Shown here piece by piece: positions 56,421-64,000 of a stretch of DNA of 64,000 nucleotides. Numbering within the stretch: the stretch's first letter is position 1; each line of letters begins with the position of its first letter. The stretch is taken from NCBI RefSeq assembly GCF_036321535.1, contig NC_087436.1, positions 12,710,001-12,774,000 of the forward strand, in the 5' to 3' direction. The stretch is from Camelus dromedarius (taxonomy: Eukaryota). The notes beneath the pieces were generated by a model that saw only the letters and a program-made list of their open reading frames with translations, was not told the DNA's origin and did no database searches. The translations under genes were made by a program, and so were the position numbers.

Positions 56421-57091
56421 TAATTTTAAAATGTAAGTTTTGCACTGCCAAAATTCAATTTTCCACTCCACTTTCATCATTGGTGGAAGAGGTAAGACGT
56501 GGCCACAGAATAGAACTTCTCCCTGGGACATTCACGTGACTATAAGATTTTATTTTTCTTCTTGGGAGCCAGAGGAGGATGCCTGCCCTCTCTCAGGTTA
56601 CCCACTTCACCTCCCTAAGCCTCAGTTTCTCCATATGTACAATGTGGGAATTCAAGGCCTTTCAAAAATTATGTCCCAATGAAGGAATGAGTTCATTGGA
56701 TTAGAAACTGAAGCCTCCTGAGTGGCCTGGTCCTGGGATCATGGCAGGTCCATTTCAGCTGTAAGGGAAAAGCCAGAGCACTGCAGGCACGGCCCTGTGT
56801 GCCCGGGGGTGGCGTGGCACATGGCACCATCATGCCTCATCACGGGGCACCAGGAAAGAAGAGACCATTCTGGACAAATGGATCTGAATGTAGGGAGACC
56901 GGAAGCCAGGATGGGAGTGGTGGCATGGGCACAGCAAACCCAAAATGAACTCCACAAGGTTGCTTTGTCTGGGACAACCACCTAAATCCATCATTTGACA
57001 AACACATAATGGGAAAACAGGTACAGCCACACTTAATGTCAGGAGGTTTCTAAAATTTCGATGAACTTGAAATAAATATTACGAGAAGGGG

Positions 57092-57180
57092 TATATACTT
57101 GATGAATGTTTAAAGGTTGATGAATGTTTAAAGGTTTAAAGGATGAATGTTTAAAGCTATATACTTGATGAATGTTTAAA
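57092..57180. repeat. Short irregular tandem repeat of GATGAATGTTTAAA
   Basis: Four copies of GATGAATGTTTAAA with variable spacers. Confidence 0.9.
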
Positions 57181-57337
57181 TGCTCAAAGGCAAGAGGGGT
57201 TTGAGAACAGCATGACCCACGTAGCGTAGCACACGTTGCCAAGTTCAGAAGGGCAAACTAATGAATACTATAACTGAGCTGGTGGTAAGAAGGCAAGGGA
57301 TTTTCAGAGCTGTAACCGTAAAAATATATGTATTTAC

Positions 57338-57435
57338 CCATTACAGTCCCTGCTGGTGCAATTTCTCTTGAAAAAACTTTTTACTGCCTTCTGTTTATGA
57401 TGAGCTGAAAGCCAGAGGACCACTTCTCGAGGACC
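57338..57435 (-). pseudogene. AtuA-like exon C (98 nt, contains a +1 frameshift)
   Basis: Acceptor ctttgttaatag, donor G|gtaaat; GPREVVLWLSAHHKQKAVK, then an extra base in the A5 run (57378-57382), then VFSREIAPAGTVM. Confidence 0.88.
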
Positions 57436-59480
57436 CTATTAACAAAGATTAGAAATTAACAAATGCATAGCTCAAAAAAAAGGCACAAATCTGTGTTTGC
57501 ATGAAAGATTTTTTTTCTGGACCGTATAACTATCTCTGGTTTGCACGATTACTCTAAGGAGTTTATTATTATGTTTTCCTGATTATGCCATGCATGTCCA
57601 CAAAAATAAACACTTTATTAAAAATAGATAACACTCTTAGTCCCCGATAAATGAATAATAATTAATTTTATCTAAAGAACACAACTTGACACATGGTAAT
57701 TACAGCTTGGAAAAACTGCTAAAATTATCTTGGTAAAATTCCTATTTTTTTCATTTCCCTCTTTTATCCCATTGATTTTGATTAGTTTCTTCACATGTCA
57801 GGTGATCTTAAATTATGTGTGTATAACTGCTGTAACTCCATTTCTCCTTAGAATATCTACACCATAGAGGAAATACAGTCATTGGATAGTTTATTACAGA
57901 ATGAATCAATTATCCTACTTTGAAATAGAGTTATAGCTTATAGATATGTAAATAAAAATGTCTTATTTGAAAACTTGAAGAATCCAGCAATCCCTTTCTT
58001 TGAAACGTGTGGTCATCTGCGAGGGCACTAAAAAGGAGCAGAAATGTGAGGACGAGTTCTGCCGCTTCTTCTAAAGACCTGCTTGTCTTTAATTAAGTCA
58101 GTTCTTTTCTCCATGACACAATTTTCCCTTTTAGTAAAATGCAGATCATATCAGCTTCCTAACTACTGCGTAGACCTATTATGATGAAACTAAGTGTGTC
58201 TTCAGATGTGAAACATTTCTTCAAGTACAAATATGAGATACAATTGTTTTTAATAGGACCAATAATTAAAGTAAACGTCTACTTTTCCCATTATGTTTAC
58301 TGTCAATCTGTCTAAAACCAACTTAATGAATCTACTTGACAATTTAATTATCTGACTCTATTGAGGTTCATAGGCACAGCAAGAGAAAAAGGCAGAGGTA
58401 CTGTTTTCCAGCATCTTTTAATAAAACATACCTTCCAACCAACAAATCAAAAGTTGACTTTCACAGTAACCTTTCATTTTAAGTTCTACATTCACGAGTT
58501 CTAATTCAGTGGAGTAAATATGGTGATTAAGCCACCATAGTGGCAATAGAGCACACATTTCTATGAACAGTGAAATATCTACACTTTGACACCTGGCTCC
58601 TGTTTCTGGGTTTTATCAAGCATCTAAAATTTCCTATATAATTTTAAAAGGCCTCTAGTTTATATCCTGACCTTACCACACACTAGTTGTACAAAATAAA
58701 ACACAGAAGTTCTTGGCATTTTGGGGGCTCTATAAAATGAAATGAATAACAGACTGAAAAAATTACGGAACCAAGAATTCCTTCTCCACAAACCTGTTAT
58801 CAAAATAAAATATTTAGTCAATATCTTGTTGAGCTTACTTACTATTTTATAGAAAAGAAGAAATTCATAAATAGAAAAGAATCTCAATAAAATTTTGAAC
58901 ATAGACCTTTGAGTTATTTACTTTAATATACCTAGGACTATAAATAACAATATAATTTTTCTCTTCTAAAATAGAATGAATTATCTTTTTATGTCATTCA
59001 AGCCTTACTAATTCAGTTACAAAGGTCTTAGATCTTTTTAATTCACTGCACTAAAATGATACTCTTGCTCCTAGTGGTTAAAAATGCAGATATTAGAACT
59101 AGACTGTAATGGATATAAAATCTGGTCTTGTTCCTCAGGAGCTGTTGGACATTAGACAATTTATTCAACCTCTCTGTGCCTGAGTTTGCTCATTTATAAA
59201 ATAGAAGTACTAACAGACCTGCCTGGAAGATTGCTGTGAGAGCTAAAGTTCAACACCAGTAAAGCACTTAGAACAGTGCCTGACACTTATTAACCCCTCA
59301 ATTCATGTTAACTGTTACCACTACGGTTGTCACTGCTGTTTCCCATACATTTTCCCATCTTTGATTAACACTTAAGTGAAAGCAATCACTATAAACCAGA
59401 ATATCTACAAATACTCCAGAATAGATAAGATGGTCAGACCATTGTGAATATGACTGTTGGGTTAAAAAATCTTTTAAAAG

Positions 59481-59958
59481 ACAATAGACAAGACATGGAA
59501 ACAACCTAAATGTCCATCAACAGATGACTGGATAAAGAAGTTGTGGAATACTACTCAGCCATAAAAAAGAATAAAATAATGCCATTTGCAGCAACATGGA
59601 TGGACCTGGAGATCTATCATTCTAAGAGAAGTAAGCCACAAAAAGAAAAAAAAAAACATCATGGGATATCACTTATTTGTGGAATCAAAAAAAAAAGACA
59701 CAAATAAATTTATTTACAAAACAGAAACAGACTCACGGATATAGAGAAAAAACTTTTGGTTACCAGGGAGTAAAGGGGGTAGGAAGGGATAAATTGGGAG
59801 TTCGAAATTTGTACCTCTTGAGGAGTGATGGAATTGTTAGGTATCTTGATTGTGGCGGCGGTTTCATAGGTGTATACATCTATCAAAATTCATCAAATTG
59901 TATGTCTGGGATATGTGTAATTTACTGTACAGAAATTACACCACAATAAAGTTGTTTT
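59481..59958 (+). mobile_element. L1 3' fragment
   Basis: ORF2 C-terminal [10 protein letters not shown] / FAATWMDLE-like sequence plus 3' UTR; imperfect AAAAA(A/G)TCTTT flanks. Confidence 0.85.
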
Positions 59959-60735
59959 TAAAAAGTCTTTAAAAAGGGTTAAAGATGTGAACAGAAAGTT
60001 TATACAAGACATATCTGTAATAATGCTGCTAGGAATAAATACAGAGATACAGAAAAAACTACCTAGATAAGGTCAAGTTAATTACCTATAATTTAATAAG
60101 ACATTGATCATACATCATTTTATTTAATTTGGCTGTTTAAAAAATAATCCCAACATACCTTCAGTTAAATTAGATTAATAAAATTGATTTATAATGGGCA
60201 ATTACAATAGATTTTGACATGACTTATATGTGAAATTTTTAAATGTAAATAAAAACTTAATTCTGAATCACTGATCCCTTTTCTAGTCAATAGTGAGAAA
60301 TTTTCCAGCAAGAATGGAAAAAATATTTCTTCTGTTTTTACTGCTGAAGAACAAACAACATATTAAGACCAAGTTAGAAGTTAACATTTTAAATTTATAG
60401 CTCTCTAAAAACTTTTGAAGAAAACCATATATATGACACCCAAGAGCCTAAACATAAGTCAAATATTAAAGGTGGAACAAGAAAGGAAGGGAATGGAATT
60501 GAGGTGAGTTTTGCCATAGGCAAATAGAAAATTCAAACTGAATTATAAGCTTGTTAAAGAACTATAGATTTTTTAAAAAAAAATACACACTGTAAAACAG
60601 AAATAACCCCAAATTCATTATCCATTAAACCTGAGCCAGGTTGGTCTTTACAATAAACACTTTCATACATAATTTATTGAGAATATTTCAACCCATTCAT
60701 TTACACTGGAATAAGAAATCCCCTGTTCTACTTAC

Positions 60736-60847
60736 CCCATTTAAATCTGCTTTAGCTTGTGCTCCATATGCTTCTTCAGATCCTAAAGTCTGAACGTGAA
60801 CCTCACTATAGCCTTCCAAGCCGGCTTCTTCAAACAGGAGACAAGTT
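60736..60847 (-). pseudogene. AtuA-like exon B (112 nt, phase 2 to 0)
   Basis: Acceptor tttactttgctgcag, donor GGG|gtaagt; open frame (R)TCLLFEEAGLEGYSEVHVQTLGSEEAYGAQAKADLNG; phase matches exon A. Confidence 0.9.
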
Positions 60848-62775
60848 CTGCAGCAAAGTAAATGCAATTAAAAAATATTCATGAATTTATGGTAGGTCAA
60901 TTCCAAGAATCCCTTAGTTTCGGCCCCTAATAGAGGTCACTCATTTTGGACACCAATAACAATTACAGTGAAAGGAGGGCAATCTAGGGGCATTTAAGGC
61001 CATCAGGTCACTCCCGAATACAGCTTCAGCTTCACATCAAACATTTGATATCTTATAGCCTCAATGTCCTTATCCTCTAAACTGTCTGAAATTGAAGATT
61101 TCCTCTTTGATCCAATAATTATATGTACAAGTATTTTTTATATTTCTAAGGGACTCGAGTTTTGGGGGTTTTTTGTTGCTTAAAGTTTAATTGCTAATCT
61201 GTTGTATTACATATGGTCAAAGAATGCGGTCTGCAAAATTTCTACTTTCTGAAATGGATTAAAGTAGCCTTGAGGATGCTAGGAAATAAGGTGCAGACTT
61301 GTCTTGTGGGGGAAAATGTTCTCTCTGTAGCTATTAATTCAACACTGTTATATTATGTTCTAATACTCTGTTCTTTTTTATCAGCTGGATAAATATTAAG
61401 ATCTGTTGAATTCATCCTCTAATTGGGCAGTTTGTAGCATTTGTGTTTATTAGCGCAGCTATGATTTTGACAACTTTTGAGACGTTGTTTGAATGCTTTC
61501 TGTTTTAATGTTTGCTTTGTTTCCTGACTTTTAGAATAGCATTCATTCATTGAACAATATTTACTGAATGTTGTATCAGGTATGTTTTCATTGCTTTTAT
61601 TTTATTTAAGTGCCTAAGAAAGTATTCCTCTTTCAGGTTTCTTTGTTCAAATATCCCCTAATAAAGTCTTCCTTAAGTGCTAAATTTAAATTATGTTCCA
61701 TTATTATTCTTTTACATAACACTCTTTAATATTTCTTCAAAGCACTTTTCAGTTCTTTGCAGGTTATTAGTTTAATGTCTATCCACATACTAAAGCTATT
61801 GGTCTGTCTTGCACACAAGTATACACCCAAAGCCCAGAAGTGATTGCTATGTAGTAAAGGACTCAAATGTTAGTGGAAAGAGAGGATTAATTAATTAATA
61901 ATCTGGATAGTCTTAAAAATTCATATTGTAGTTGTCTTTAATTTAAAAATACTTTGATTCTACATTGAATGATGGGATTGTGCACAATTTTAATTCATTT
62001 TCCAGTTTATTTTTTCCACTTTTAAATGTTTCATGATCATCATTGTTGATAAAGGATAAAATGATTTGCTATGAGTCCCTCCCTGTGAAAAAAGGATTAG
62101 CACTAATTTGTTTATTCCTGTGTCTCACCAGCACTTACTCATTGTAATTAATAAGGGCTTGAATCTTTAACGTAGATTCTCTTGAGTAACTCAGCAACAT
62201 GGTTTAAATACAGGACATGGTAGGAAGCATCAGCACTGCAGATGGAACGTAAAAGATTTGATTCAAGCATCAGAACTTTCATAAACGTTGTTAATTAAAT
62301 TTGGCTATAGAACTATTATGAAATTTCTTTCTCTGGATTTTTTAAAGAAAAGAAAATTTTCTGGGACAAACTATTAATGCTCTCCAGACACCAAATGGTT
62401 GAAGGTACCATATGACCTGTCAAAGGATCTGTGACTTCTGATTCTGTTGCCCGTATGCATTATGTTAACTTTCTGAATGTAATCTTCAGGATAAGAGAAA
62501 AAAAAAAGCATAGGTTTCTAGTAGAATTTAGCATCCAAGAAACTTTTCCAATACTTGTTTCTAGATATCTGTGCAAGCTAAACTGTAAAGTTGCTGATGC
62601 AAGACTCATTTGTATCAGAACCTGCCACAACATAAAATGTACCGAACAAATGTATTAATACTCAGGGGAAAATGTTAAGTGATCGTAATAATGATTCTTG
62701 TTAAAGAATTTGATTGCTAACATGCCTTGAATTTAGTTAGACTGGAGAGTCCATTTTTTTGTCTCATAGACAAAC

Positions 62776-62894
62776 CTTTTCAAAATACTTTCTTTCAGCT
62801 GTCCACCTGTCCACCTCTCCTTTTCAGCCGCTTTGGGTCCTCCCGGTGTGCAGACAGCAGTTGCTCTGAAACCGTCATGGTAACAAGCACTTAC
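62776..62894 (-). pseudogene. AtuA-like exon A (119 nt, phase 0 to 2)
   Basis: Acceptor ttatgtcatcag, donor AG|gtttgt; open frame VSACYHDGFRATAVCTPGGPKAAEKERWTGGQLKESILK(R). Confidence 0.88.
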
Positions 62895-64000
62895 CTGATG
62901 ACATAAGGTTAAGACATAAACAATGGAATGAACCTAAGCTTCTGAACACATCCTTGTGAAATGCAAAGATCTTTATCTGTCTTGCCAATGACACTGTCAT
63001 TAACAAGTGAAGTGTCAGGAAAGTTGGGCTAATTACAGCTGCATACAGTTCACATTCTGATCTCATAACATAGCTGTGTCGTTTTATACATGTCTACATC
63101 CATTAAGTATAATCTCCTTCTGAACTGAATAACATCTAAAACACTCCTCAGAAAGAATAAATTATGGTCTGAGAATAAATTGGGTGTTAAGAAGAACTGA
63201 TTCTAAGCAAGCAAATATGTTTCAGTGAATAAATAACATACATGCCTGCATTATTTGGTAAATGTAATATACGTATATGTAGTGTTTTTTTTGTAAACAA
63301 CAGGAAACTTTCAAGAGAAGCAAAAGTCTTAAGTTACTATTTTCCTATCACTGAGAACATTCTGAGTTTTTCAAGCTAACTCATTTATCAATATTGCACA
63401 ATAAATACAAAGAAATAAACTCTTTACATTCTCAAAACAAAGATTATAAAGCTATTACGGCTTTATCACACTTTTCTCTTTGGCATCTATGTCCTCAAAC
63501 AGAACATTTTGTTTCTGGGAGCACAAAACTGTTGAAGGAGCAAGGACTTGACAGTCTGGGAGACCTGGATTTAATTCCCAGTTTAGCCATCTCTTCTCGG
63601 GCAAGTTACTGAACCTCTCTGTCTCTGTCCCTCTTGTAAAATGAGCATGATAACTACTTTGCAGGAGAGTTGTAAAGACGAAAGACCTATAAGGAGGCTG
63701 CCTCATACCACAGCAGATGTAACACAGTAGTTGCTGCTCAGTTAATTTTCCTCTTCCTTTCCCAAGTGACTGGTTCAGAAACCACGTGCATCTTGAACTG
63801 AATTCCTAGCTGCCAACGATTCAAAGTGAAAAAACATTGTAGCTGATTCATAGTCTAAAATCTGAAATGGATCTTTAAAAGCCCCTAGTATCTCAATGAT
63901 TTGAAACAACAGTATTTCAGTAGGTCCAATAAAGTTATCTTAGAATTTGTTGTATTTTATGACCCAATTAGCTTCACCTTTAAATGTATATACAAGTTTA

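Noticed and set aside
57092..57180. Repeat-spacer-like pattern
   Set aside because: Units are 14 bp with tiny irregular spacers in a mammalian intron; slippage repeat, not CRISPR.
58677..58729. 53-nt minus-strand segment with good acceptor and donor between exons B and C
   Set aside because: Exons B and C already join in frame; this piece has no family similarity and would shift the frame.

Overview
Repeat-rich mammalian genomic DNA, probably camelid, judged from eight copies of a tRNA-derived SINE resembling camelid vic-1. Most ORF-track calls are noise or L1 fragments. The main signal is absent from the ORF track: seven short minus-strand exons between 62894 and 12812, nearly all with canonical AG/GT ends. 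They splice into the C-terminal half of an AtuA/DUF1446 (acyclic terpene utilisation family) protein, with motifs YHDGFRATAVC, PREVVLWL, FSREIAPAGT-MAPGL-VGGRPKVSPVLKPFFFLYP and GVIA-P-YY-L-EDYFQH. The family call is my recognition of the motifs, not a database search. As read here the gene is disabled: three +1 frameshifts (all in homopolymers), one damaged acceptor, and no detectable RSGDKG exon. One exon nevertheless carries two microduplications that together keep the frame. Also present: an L1 with intact 5' UTR/ORF1 region and TSD that lacks almost all of ORF2, a 5'-truncated young L1, a polyadenylated LTR retrocopy inverted inside an LTR of its own family, older L1/L2/MaLR/DNA-transposon relics and microsatellites. 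Repeat boundaries are approximate.
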